A stretch of 64,000 bases of DNA from Oligoflexus sp. FD111 (GTDB taxonomy: Bacteria > Bdellovibrionota_B > Oligoflexia > Oligoflexales > Oligoflexaceae). Under the pieces are notes generated by a model, which ran no database searches, was not told where the DNA came from, and worked only from the letters and a program-made list of their open reading frames with translations. The stretch spans positions 24,766 through 88,765 of the forward strand of contig JBMDZZ010000028.1 in assembly GCA_048816425.1 (NCBI GenBank), written 5' to 3'. This document shows, in pieces, positions 27,009 to 36,285 of the stretch. The translations under genes were made by a program, and so were the position numbers. The first letter of the stretch is position 1. Every line of letters begins with the position of its first letter.

Positions 27009-28157
27009 ATGATCGACCCAAAAAGCCATGACCGACTACGTAAAGAGATTAGTGCACGCCTGGTGGAAGATAAATCTATTCTAGACCTACTTCGGCGAGA
27101 AATATCTATTATCAAGTCGGACGTTCACCCTATTAAATCACAGTCATCAGCTTCGATTGCGCTTGTTGCTGCTGATGGAGGCAATAATAGCCTGAAATTT
27201 GATCCGTTCATGGTGCAGCTCGTACGAGTTGTTGACTCAAGCAATAATGAGTATTGTTTGGAAGCTATTACGCCAACAACCGATGTCATAGCATTAAGTC
27301 GAAGCCAGTTTAAAAAAGATGGAACGCCTAGGACAGCTTTAGGGACTATGATGCAGTTTCTAAATACCCCGACTTTACCCGATCTGTCCTACATGATTAA
27401 GAGTCCAGCTAGTAATGAACCAGTTTCAACTTCTTGGATTAAGGCCTATCGGGAGCTAGTCGAATGGGCCATACTTTTTAATATCGTAAGAACTAAGGAT
27501 TTTGCGACCGACACCCTTTTAATCTTTGACGGACTTTTACGCAGCAAGGTCTTTTCATCAGATAACTTTATAAAGCTTAAGGAAGGTTTTGCTGAGGCAA
27601 TAGAGCATCAACGGGTCAAACATCGCCGTAATATCTACTTGGCGGGCATCGCCAAACATTCGAAAGTCATCGAGCGCTATCGATTAGCTATGCATCTAGA
27701 AAGCATCTTGACCTGTGATTATCCCGCTTATGTCGAAATCCCTAGGGAAATTGAAGAGAAAGCTTATAAATGGTCTGAATATGCCAGGGGCGATGATAAC
27801 GTAGTTGAAGGTGAAGTGAATAGATTTGTCGCTGGTAAGATGTTTTTTGTTAAGTTTGGCACTTCCCTGCGCGATCCAATCTGGCCAATCGATATCTTCA
27901 CATCTCAACTGAGCCAAGCTCCAACCATCTTAGGTTGCATGCTGGAAGACGCTAAAAATGGCTTTCCAGTTCCTCATTATCCCAGATGCCTGCAAAGGGC
28001 TCATGATAATGCAGCTCTGGTCGATTTTGATACACATATTTTGCAAGACGAAATTTTGAATGCTCTACGCCTTGCTTTGGGCGACAGTTGGACAGTCTTG
28101 GATAGTTTTTTGATCCAGGATCACGATCCAGCGAGAGCGCGCTACAGGAAGGCTTGA
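27009..28157 (+). CDS. NurA-like nuclease
   Basis: NurA-type blocks are IALVAADGGNNSL, TLLIFDGLLRSKVF and IYLAGIAKHSKVIE. I chose the start at ATG 27009 (MIDPKSHDRL) rather than the TTG at 26973 in the ORF track. The stop lies 1 nt before the HerA-like start. Confidence 0.6.
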   Translation: MIDPKSHDRLRKEISARLVEDKSILDLLRREISIIKSDVHPIKSQSSASIALVAADGGNNSLKFDPFMVQLVRVVDSSNNEYCLEAITPTTDVIALSRSQFKKDGTPRTALGTMMQFLNTPTLPDLSYMIKSPASNEPVSTSWIKAYRELVEWAILFNIVRTKDFATDTLLIFDGLLRSKVFSSDNFIKLKEGFAEAIEHQRVKHRRNIYLAGIAKHSKVIERYRLAMHLESILTCDYPAYVEIPREIEEKAYKWSEYARGDDNVVEGEVNRFVAGKMFFVKFGTSLRDPIWPIDIFTSQLSQAPTILGCMLEDAKNGFPVPHYPRCLQRAHDNAALVDFDTHILQDEILNALRLALGDSWTVLDSFLIQDHDPARARYRKA

Positions 28158-28158
28158 T

Positions 28159-30294
28159 ATGGGACTAGAACTCTTTCCTAAAGATCGTATTGTAGGCGTG
28201 TTTCGTGGTTTTCAGGAAGGTGGCTATGAGTTTAAAGCTGATTTGGTTCTGCCTTACCAAGCTGACTTTCAAAACCGTCCTATGCATGGGCAGTTTCTCC
28301 TCATTCAATTGGAGACGCCCGACGAAGCGATTATGGGAAGGATTGCCTCACTTTCTTCCGAGGGTAGAATGGCATATGGCAATGGAGAAGAATTCAGTAT
28401 CAGAGCGGTTCAAGAGAGCCGGGATGTACCTGACGATCTTCGTCAGCAATATCTCCGTTATCGGGTAAGTGTCCGGATCTTAGGAGTTCTTAGAAAGACG
28501 GAAGATGATAAGGTCAAGTTTGCGCCGTCGCATCGTAGACTGCCTCATGTTGGTTCTCCAGTAGCATTTCCATCCGACCAAGTGCTCCGTGAAATTGTCG
28601 GTCATAACATTCAGGGGGCAAAAATTGGACACTTTGCACTGGGCGAGTTTGTGTATTGCGGTGATTCAGATGACACCGAACTTGACGGCTGGGCTTTAAA
28701 ATGTGAACCGGAAGTCGAGATCAGATTTTCTATTGATAAGTTAGTAGCGCGCAGAAGTTTTATCTTTGCGCGAGCTGGCTATGGTAAATCGAATCTAAAC
28801 AAGCTTCTCTTTAGCGCCCTATACCAGAATACGCCACTCGTTCAGAAGAGAGACAAGCAAGTTCCAGTAGGGACGGTGATATTCGACCCAGATGGAGAGT
28901 ATTTTTGGCCAGACGATAAAGGGAGGCCTGGTCTCTCCGATGTTCCTCACCTAGAGGACAAGCTTGTTGTATTTACTGACCGGCGGGCTCCAAGTCGCTT
29001 TTACCAATCTTTCGTTGCTGGTGGAATCCGGCTAGATATCAGAAGGTTAAGGCCTGCTGATATCATTGCTATCGCCCTTCCTCCCGAGAAGCAGGACCAG
29101 CAAAATGTTAGTAAATTAAAGGCTTTAGATGACAATCGTTGGGCCGAATTGGTCGATTTGATTTATTTAAATGGCAATGACACGACCATCGAGGATATGT
29201 GCCGTACCCTACGTCTTGAAATCGGTAGACAGGATGCCGAAGCTATTGCCGCTAGATCAAATATGTCTGTCATCGTGCGTCTGTTTCATGATCCCTCAAG
29301 TCAGTTCATGGATAAACTGCTCTATTGCCTCTCTAAAGGTAAACTTTGTGTCGTGGATGTGTCTCAGATGCGTGGGACCCAATCATTGATCCTTTCAGGT
29401 TTGGTTCTGAGACGAATCTTTGATAAGAACCAGGACGAGTTTACCAAGCAGCATCCGCAGACTATTCCGACTATTGCTGTGATTGAAGAAGCTCAATCTG
29501 TTTTAAATGACAAGGCGAGTGCCGCAGCTCCATACGTTGAATGGGTGAAAGAAGGTCGAAAATATGACCTTGGTGCGGTCTTGGTGACTCAGCAGCCGGG
29601 CAGTATACCTGTAGAAATTCTGAGTCAAGGAGATAATTGGTTTGTATTTCATCTGCTCTCATCAGCGGATCTTGCGTCTGCGAAGCATGCCAATGCTCAT
29701 TTCAGCCAAGATATTCTGAACTCGCTTTTAAATGAACCGATTAAAGGGCAGGGGGTTTTCTGGAGTTCAGAAGGCGGAACAGCATATCCGGTGCCTTTGC
29801 GGGTGCTTTCGTTCAATATGATCTACAAGATGACCGATCCGGAGTTCAATCGAAATCCTCATGATACATTCGCCAGTCAAGTCGAGCAACGGTTTGCTAG
29901 CATTGTAAGGCGAACCTCTGACCCGAAAGAGTCTGGTAATGCTAGTAACGGCGGAGCTTTAGGAAACCTGAATCAACCCAATTCCAGTGCGAATACTGAA
30001 AGTATAGTAAAAACTACCCGTGAAGATCCTCTTCGTAGCTTAGAGGAGAAGGCAAGGGAAAGAATTGAAAACGACGAATTTATTATGAACGCTATCAATA
30101 GCGAACAAGGTGTGGCCTGGGGAAGAATCAAAGCTGCGATAAAGGAAGTGGTTCCTGATGAGATGGATGATCCCGGAAAAATCGCTTATAACCTCGTGCC
30201 TTACGTCTTAGCTTCTCTATTAGGGGAAAAAAATAGCAAATGGGAGACTTATCGGCATGAAACCCGGAATACTACGTATGTGCGGGCAAAGTAA
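28159..30294 (+). CDS. HerA/FtsK-superfamily ATPase (DUF87-type) with a ~150-aa C-terminal extension
   Basis: Walker A FARAGYGKSNL, Walker B TIAVIEEAQSV, and LGAVLVTQQPGSI. The N-terminal barrel-like region reads IVGVFRGFQEGGYEFKADLVLPY...GQFLLIQL...IMGRIASL. Confidence 0.8.
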   Translation: MGLELFPKDRIVGVFRGFQEGGYEFKADLVLPYQADFQNRPMHGQFLLIQLETPDEAIMGRIASLSSEGRMAYGNGEEFSIRAVQESRDVPDDLRQQYLRYRVSVRILGVLRKTEDDKVKFAPSHRRLPHVGSPVAFPSDQVLREIVGHNIQGAKIGHFALGEFVYCGDSDDTELDGWALKCEPEVEIRFSIDKLVARRSFIFARAGYGKSNLNKLLFSALYQNTPLVQKRDKQVPVGTVIFDPDGEYFWPDDKGRPGLSDVPHLEDKLVVFTDRRAPSRFYQSFVAGGIRLDIRRLRPADIIAIALPPEKQDQQNVSKLKALDDNRWAELVDLIYLNGNDTTIEDMCRTLRLEIGRQDAEAIAARSNMSVIVRLFHDPSSQFMDKLLYCLSKGKLCVVDVSQMRGTQSLILSGLVLRRIFDKNQDEFTKQHPQTIPTIAVIEEAQSVLNDKASAAAPYVEWVKEGRKYDLGAVLVTQQPGSIPVEILSQGDNWFVFHLLSSADLASAKHANAHFSQDILNSLLNEPIKGQGVFWSSEGGTAYPVPLRVLSFNMIYKMTDPEFNRNPHDTFASQVEQRFASIVRRTSDPKESGNASNGGALGNLNQPNSSANTESIVKTTREDPLRSLEEKARERIENDEFIMNAINSEQGVAWGRIKAAIKEVVPDEMDDPGKIAYNLVPYVLASLLGEKNSKWETYRHETRNTTYVRAK

Positions 30295-30353
30295 ACTTAG
30301 CTATTTTTACGGTCGAAACTTGTGCCACTGGGACTTTTCATTTTAAGGTATGA

Positions 30354-30824
30354 TCAAACGGCATTGGGCACTTGGTTTTCCAGCTTTAATCGAAATAGAA
30401 TTTGTTGCAAAAGATCTTCTCCCATCATCTCCGGTTCTGATTCAAGGTCAACCGCAATCTGATGAATCCAGTAATCGGCTTCTCCAACAGAAATTTCAAT
30501 ACTTCGTATTTTTTCGTTTTTCTGCTTATTTGCATTAGGATAAATTAGCCAAGCATTTTTCGATCCACTTGCAACCATATAAGCCAACATTTGATAGGCG
30601 TCTGCTGTGTTAATAGTATCCTTTTCAAAACTAGCTTTATACTTTGTATCTAAAATGGTGGACGATATAGGTTCTTGCCTCAGGCTGATTTGTAGGTCAG
30701 GGTAGCATTTCACATGGCTTGTGCGGTCCAAATACATTGACTTTTGCAAATGCAGATCAATACCATATGCAGATGCCGCTCGACTTAGACTTTTACTGAC
30801 ATAGCGCTCAAATAATGAAGCCAT
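30354..30824 (-). CDS. stand-alone McrC-like PD-(D/E)xK nuclease domain (156 aa)
   Basis: LFERYVSKSL ... STILDTKYKA ... ADAYQMLAYMV matches the McrC/LlaJI-type C-terminal nuclease block (FE.fv ... DtKYK ... yQ..aY). It lacks the N-terminal half of McrC. Confidence 0.5.
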   Translation of the reverse strand: MASLFERYVSKSLSRAASAYGIDLHLQKSMYLDRTSHVKCYPDLQISLRQEPISSTILDTKYKASFEKDTINTADAYQMLAYMVASGSKNAWLIYPNANKQKNEKIRSIEISVGEADYWIHQIAVDLESEPEMMGEDLLQQILFRLKLENQVPNAV

Positions 30825-30934
30825 ATTGTAAACGCCCCATTAACAAACGTCTAGCCCACCCAAAAGGAAAATCCTAGACTTGTCCTAGCAAGCCGGGCAT
30901 CCATTCAGCCTGAGTTGTTAGCCAGTCTACGAAT

Positions 30935-32032
30935 TTAAAGATTAGATGGGTAACCTATAAAATTTATTGGCTTTAGCTGACTATGCTTATCAACGGATCC
31001 TTTTAGTACATATATTCTACCGCCAATACTAAATTCGAATACTCTGTAGATACGGTATGACTCTCCGAAGATCTTTGATTTCTCAATTTCATTTAAAGAA
31101 ATTTTATACGGAGTGTTGATTCCGCCGTTAGTTGTTTTTACTTCTATGTAAATCACTGAACCATTTTCATCGAAAGACTCAATGTCGTAACCTAAACCGT
31201 CGCCTTCTTTATCAGATACCCACTTTACCCTTTCTGCTAGATCGGGACGTCCTATAGAGCTCAGCTTAATTTTCTCAGTTTCATAAACGAATTTTTCACC
31301 TAAATTACCTAGCTCCTTATTTGTTGCATATAGAGCGTCATATTCAGGTTTTGAAGAATTAAAGTTCCTGTTTTGTTCTGCAGGCAATTGCAGGATTGGA
31401 GGGTCAACAAATATTTCCTTTGAAGCATACTTTGGTACGATGATGAAACCAAGTTCCGACAATATTCTAAAGCATTTGGTCCCTCGGCCTCCTTTAAAAC
31501 CAAAAAGAACTTGCCCAGTCACGTACCTAGCAGCTAAGCCAACAAGTGCTTTAGGAGGATAACGTCGTTCGTTATATAGGACGTCATATCCTGTCGACTC
31601 TTTAAATTTGTGCGAAATTTTTTGCTCGTCAAAATCCCTGATGGCGTCGATAATATGCTCGTACGTTATATTGTCTGGAATTTCGCTATCAGGAAGATAC
31701 TCTCTCTTTTTATCAATGCGATTCTGTCCTGGGTCGAATTCGTCATTTAACCACCTTTCGACCTTACTATGTGTCGTTGTACTTATCTCAAGCAATACCC
31801 GAACTGCACGAATCACTTCGTAAACCCAAGTGTTTCGATGACTTAGGGAATAAGGTATGTTTGTAAACGGATTTATTCCAAAGGCATGTTTGCTTAGATA
31901 AATATCCCAGAGTTTTCTATCAGATTCTTTTTGAGTCTTTTTTAAAGCAAGGTCATATATAAGCTTCTGTATTTCTCTATCAGGAAAAGCTTCACGTATT
32001 GGAGTTGGAAGTTTCAATGATTCAAAATTCAT
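30935..32032 (-). CDS. DUF3883 (restriction-endonuclease-like) protein with a central domain resembling the ScoMcrA-type sulfur-binding/DNA-reader domain
   Basis: DUF3883: GEKFVYETEKIKL...VKWVSDKEGDGLGYDIESFDENGSVIYIEVKTTNG...YKISLNEIEKSK...YRIYRVFEF. The central segment YDVLYNERRYPPKALVGLAARYVTG...FKGGRGTKCFRILSELGFIIV contains Y-P-x-x-A, which I recall as the sulfur-pocket residues of the SBD. Confidence 0.65.
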   Translation of the reverse strand: MNFESLKLPTPIREAFPDREIQKLIYDLALKKTQKESDRKLWDIYLSKHAFGINPFTNIPYSLSHRNTWVYEVIRAVRVLLEISTTTHSKVERWLNDEFDPGQNRIDKKREYLPDSEIPDNITYEHIIDAIRDFDEQKISHKFKESTGYDVLYNERRYPPKALVGLAARYVTGQVLFGFKGGRGTKCFRILSELGFIIVPKYASKEIFVDPPILQLPAEQNRNFNSSKPEYDALYATNKELGNLGEKFVYETEKIKLSSIGRPDLAERVKWVSDKEGDGLGYDIESFDENGSVIYIEVKTTNGGINTPYKISLNEIEKSKIFGESYRIYRVFEFSIGGRIYVLKGSVDKHSQLKPINFIGYPSNL

Positions 32033-32089
32033 GATTAGCTCCTTAATTCTGTATTGCCACGGAGTTCGACGTCAAAAAAATTTCCCATT

Positions 32090-32745
32090 TAATGTGAGAC
32101 ACATACACCTCGCCTATCTCAAAGTTTTTTTGCCAGCTCCGTGGCTGTAATTTCACCGTCGATCTTCTCCTTTACCTGCTGTGTCCATGCACTTGAGTAT
32201 CTGCGTTGGTTTCCCATGAACATATACGCCATCCGGAGTCATCGGATTACCACCTCGCTTGGGTATCAATGTCTAGCGCGGACGATGGGAGTTATAGCGA
32301 TGCTTGAATTTGGCCAATCTCTCGTACTGCAAACGGTGAATCGGAGATTTTCCAGTAAACCTCTTCCTGTTTAAATGTCTGATGGAATCGCTCAAGAAGG
32401 CGTAGCTGTTGTGGCGTTCGATACTGAATGCGCACATATGTGAAATTGTCGTTATTTAATTATCCAGCAAATCGCCTCGGTACAAAGTATGGACCATTAT
32501 CAGTCACCAGGAATACAGGAGCATTCAGCTTGCTGCAAATCCTTTCTGCCTAGGCTTTCGCCACTTGCAAAGCTTCGCAGCAGCCAGCCGCCCCATAGCT
32601 AGGTGGGGAGTGGCATACAAATAGATAATGCGAGAAATAGTCAATCTCTGTCACTGCATTTCACCTGCCATGATCTGATGCATACACATATGTAATATCA
32701 TCCTGCCAGAACTGATTTGGACGCACAGGCAAGAGTTCATAAAGT
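32090..32745 (-). pseudogene. IS481/IS3-type DDE (rve) transposase pseudogene
   Basis: The minus-strand translation reads PVRPNQFWQDDITYVYASDHGR*NAVTEIDYFSHYL...A*AERICSKLNAPVFLVTDNGPYFVPRRFAG*. The DDE landmarks (W..DIT, DNGP.F) are interrupted by several stops. Confidence 0.65.
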
Positions 32746-32761
32746 TTTTGAGCTTGATACA

Positions 32762-32975
32762 TGAGGTGCGTTGAACATAATTGGAGAAAATCGAATCTTT
32801 TGCTAAGCTACTATAATTGCGAAGGAGATTCGGTAGATGCAAAAGAATAGGCTCCATCGTTCTTTCGCAACCTAGCAAAAAACCGACATTGTTCGCTGTG
32901 TACAGTCCGACTCATCAATCCAGCAAGGGCTTTTTCAAGTACCTAGAGGTTGAAAATAGCCAGTTCAAAGAGGGT
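32762..32975 (+). mobile_element. solo left-end fragment (copy C) of the IS3-family element found at 33747 and 54741
   Basis: It starts TGAGGTGCGTTGAACATAATTGGAGAAAATC, nearly identical to the left ends of copies A and B. It carries the orfA start (MQKNRLHRSFAT*QKTDIVR...) with a stop and an internal deletion of ~130 nt, and it ends near CAGTTCAAAGAGG. Confidence 0.6.
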
Positions 32976-33032
32976 CTCTGATGAGAAAGTGTTTTTTATA
33001 AACTATGTTGTTTTCGATAGGGGATCAAGCGC

Positions 33033-33620
33033 TTGGATTCAGTTCGTTGGTACGATCAGCATGCCCAAGATTTTTTTGATAGTACGATCAATGTAGAAAT
33101 GGGTGGTCTTTACTCCCGGTTTCTCAAAACGATGCAGCCAAAAGCAAAAATTTTGGATGCCGGTTGCGGAGCTGGACGGGATACTCTTTTTTTCTCAATG
33201 CAAGGGTATGACGTGCAGGCCTTTGATGCGGCACCCATATTGGTCGAGCTAGTCAGAAAGCATACCGGCATTAATGTGCAAGTCATGAGGTTTGAAGATC
33301 TCAAATGCCAAGATGAGTTCGATGGAGTATGGGCATGCGCCTCATTACTCCACTTTGATAAACATGAACTTGAAAGGGCATTAGCAAGGTTGTTTGCAGC
33401 CCTCAAGGTCGGTGGAGTACTTTATACTAGTTTTAAATATGGTACGGAAATATACGAACGTGATGGAAGGCAGTTTTATCCTTTTAACGAAGAAAGTTTT
33501 ATTGAGGTGATTACAGCTCATATGCATGTTGAACTCGATAGCATTTGGATAACTCATGATGTGCGTAAGGAAAGAACTGACGAGAAGTGGCTCAATTGTT
33601 TAGTACGACGTATTGAATAA
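33033..33620 (+). CDS. small class I SAM-dependent methyltransferase
   Basis: The SAM-binding motif is KILDAGCGAGRDTLFF, followed by VQAFDAAP and GVWACASLLH. The protein is 195 aa with a TTG start. The gene is sandwiched between IS fragments. Confidence 0.7.
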   Translation: MDSVRWYDQHAQDFFDSTINVEMGGLYSRFLKTMQPKAKILDAGCGAGRDTLFFSMQGYDVQAFDAAPILVELVRKHTGINVQVMRFEDLKCQDEFDGVWACASLLHFDKHELERALARLFAALKVGGVLYTSFKYGTEIYERDGRQFYPFNEESFIEVITAHMHVELDSIWITHDVRKERTDEKWLNCLVRRIE

Positions 33621-33746
33621 TTCCTGGAAATTTCCAGAATGGATGGCCGATTGTGATGTAGCGACGAGAGCTACCTCAAATATAACCATGTCACCACAAG
33701 TATCCCGTCCAGAAACAAACGATGACGCTGCTACAGGCTCATATTT

Positions 33747-35198
33747 TGAGGTGCGTTGAACATAATTGGAGAAAATCAAATCTTTTACTAAGCTATCATA
33801 ATTGCGAAGGAGATTCGATCGATACAAAAGATGATACCCCGTCGTTCTTTCATACACCCCAGCAAAAAGCCGACATTGTTCGCGGTGTCCAGTCGGCTTC
33901 ATCAATCCAGCAAGCGCTTGACCAGATTGGATTTACCAGCAGCTTATACTACAAATGGTCGAGGCAGCTTGAGGTTGGAATCAACACTAGCCTTCGCAAC
34001 TCAAAACCCCTAAATTCTGTCGAATTGAAGCGCCTAATGGCTGAAAATAGGCAGTTCAAAGAGGTTGTTCTCAACCAATCACTGGAATTGACCATTTTAA
34101 AAAAAGATTGAGTTTGGATCCATGAAGGAGGGCTTCAGAGTGAGCTACGAATATAAAGTCGCAGTGATTGAATTTGTCGAACGCTAACTGGAGCTTGGTC
34201 AATCGCGGAGCAATACTTTGGCAACTTTAAAGATTTCGCCTTCAACTTACTATATAGCTGGAATAAGGCTGTCCTTAATGCAGAAAAGCCTAAGAAACCA
34301 GCCAAGCCACATCCTATGAAATTGACTCCAGGTGAAAAAGAGCTCATCCTCGCAACAAAAAAAAACTATCCAACGATGAGGCATAGGCAGATATAGGACG
34401 TGATGCAAGGTGAAGGCTGCAAAATTTCGCCAAGTTCAGTTTTTACCGTCTTAAAAGCTAACGGAAAGGTTGAACCTTTTAAGCGGCGTGAAGCACCGTG
34501 GAAAGAGCCTAAATACGAAGTGCGAGCTAGAAACCTTATTTGGGGAAAGGATTGGACGAAGATCAAGATCAATCACGAAACCTGGCAGCTTTTGGCTCTC
34601 ATCGTTTTTTCTAGAAAAGTCATTGCATGGGATATCCAGCCAAGCATCAATGCGGGCCATATCAAGGCGATCTATAGCCAAGCACTTGCGGCCGAGCAAC
34701 TAACGCACAAAAAGCAAAAGCTCAAGTGACGGGTGGATCAAGGTTCGCCCAATACCTCTTGGTCATCAATGAGTTTATTGCAAGCCTTGCAGGTGAGCTA
34801 TCGCTTGCGCGAGTCAGAAGGCCTATCGACAATGCAATAACAGGGCGGTTTTACGGCACGATAAAGCAAGAAGAGATTTTTGTAGTTGGTAGCTATCCTG
34901 ACCTGTGATCAGCTAAATCTGAAATAGGAAACTACATCGAATTTTATAATGAATACAGGCCACATCAAGCAATATGGTATTTACGCCCGACTATATGCAT
35001 GAGCTGTACAATAAATCGAAAGCATTGGCTGAGCTAGGGGTCATGAAACATGCCACTAAACGTCGCCACCGCGAGTACTGAGAGTTGAGGGAAGCTTATG
35101 ATTTATAGCAGAAATTCAGGCAAGAGTTGACGAATGTGCCAAGCCAGGATATCACACAAACCTGATCGGCTTTCTCCAAGTTCGACTTAAGCACCACA
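33747..35198 (+). mobile_element. IS3-family insertion sequence, copy A (1452 bp), with orfA and orfB both pseudogenised
   Basis: Left end TGAGGTGCGTTGAAC, right end ...GTTCGACTTAAGCACCACA (reverse complement TGTGGTGCTTAAGTCGAAC, IR-like). The orfA-like segment is QQKADIVRGVQSASSIQQALDQIGFTSSLYYKWSRQLE. The orfB rve landmarks W..DWTKI, FSRKVIAWDI, DQGSPNTS and DNAITGRFYGTIKQEEIF are interrupted by several stops and frameshifts. Confidence 0.75.
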
Positions 35199-35400
35199 GA
35201 GTTACCAATTAATGAGTCAGAAACGCATTCAATTGGAATGGAGTTGACATTCGAAAGCCTTTTTTTAGAAGATAAGTCTATTTGAATTCGCTTTACTTAT
35301 TTATTTATCTTTTAGATGATGAGTTTGTATGCGGGCTTGACTTCCTCTATAATACTCTCGCATTATTTCACTAAATCGCAAACCAGCATGATGGGTCAAA

Positions 35401-36285
35401 ATGAAACTAGGTGGGCATCAGACTTTTCACCTCAGAGAGTCATGGCTTCATAAGGGCATGGCCTCTCTAGTGAACGACCATAGAATTTTCCAAGACGCCA
35501 TGGCGTCAAGTAGGCTTGGAGTTGGCAAGAACATGGTCGAAGCCATGCGGTATTGGCTTCAGGCATGTCAACTTGTAAAGATTGATGACGAATATAGCCT
35601 AAGTAAAGTTGGATCGAAAATCTATGAAGCTGATCCTTTTTTTGAGCTAGATGGTACAGTGCTATTGCTACATTATTTACTCGCAACAAACGAGAGGCAA
35701 GCAACTGCATGGCACTGGTTTTTTAATAAGTTTGGTGCGACCGACTTCGACATAGATGGAGTCCAAGTATACTTAACGACCTATCTTGCAAACACACTGA
35801 AGAAAAATAGTAGCCCAAATGTTATTAGGCGAGAGATACAATGTTTGCTCAAGATGTATACGGATGTCGAGTACAGGATACGGGAAACCCCAGAAACAGA
35901 AAACCCCTCTCCATTTTGTAGGTTTAAAAGCATTCAAAAGGATGGTGAGAAATATCGTAAAGTTGGATTTGACGTTAACTTGATCGATCCACTTATTTAT
36001 AGCTACTGCTTATATCTATTCTGGATAATGACTGAACGCCCAGCAACAATTTCTTTCGAAAATATTTGCAAGCAGCCGGGTTCACCAGGGGTTATCTTTG
36101 GACTTTCGAGTGATAGCAATATCTATATTCTCGAATTAGCAAAGGAAATCGATTCTGCTCCGATAGCAATTAGCAGGAGTGGAGGGTATTTTTCGATATC
36201 AATTGATGAAGAAAAAGCCGCTAAAACACTAGATTTTTATTACGATAAATATTCTGATCTTTTGCAGGAATCAAGATGGCTATAA
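35401..36285 (+). CDS. sspB: SspB-like DUF4007 protein (phosphorothioation-system nickase family)
   Basis: The N-terminus MKLGGHQTFHLRESWLHKG matches the DUF4007 signature as I recall it (GHETF.LR..WL.KG). It is the first gene of a 4-gene block with an ATPase, a PAPS-reductase-like protein and a cysteine desulfurase. Confidence 0.7.
   Translation: MKLGGHQTFHLRESWLHKGMASLVNDHRIFQDAMASSRLGVGKNMVEAMRYWLQACQLVKIDDEYSLSKVGSKIYEADPFFELDGTVLLLHYLLATNERQATAWHWFFNKFGATDFDIDGVQVYLTTYLANTLKKNSSPNVIRREIQCLLKMYTDVEYRIRETPETENPSPFCRFKSIQKDGEKYRKVGFDVNLIDPLIYSYCLYLFWIMTERPATISFENICKQPGSPGVIFGLSSDSNIYILELAKEIDSAPIAISRSGGYFSISIDEEKAAKTLDFYYDKYSDLLQESRWL

Noticed and set aside
32141-32374. The 77-aa + strand ORF.
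   Set aside because: It lies antisense to the rve transposase pseudogene and has no motif.
33624-33637. The perfect palindromes CTGGAAATTTCCAG (33624-33637) and ACGTCGCGACGT (51497-51508) as terminators.
   Set aside because: They have no loop of usable size and no following T-tract. They could be protein-binding or restriction-type sites, but I have no supporting evidence.
33722-34908. Track ORFs 33722-34111, 33831-34013, 34400-34729, 34470-34703 and 34726-34908 as separate genes (similarly 55353-55655).
   Set aside because: They are fragments of one IS3-family orfA/orfB broken by stops and frameshifts. I annotated them collectively as a degenerate IS.
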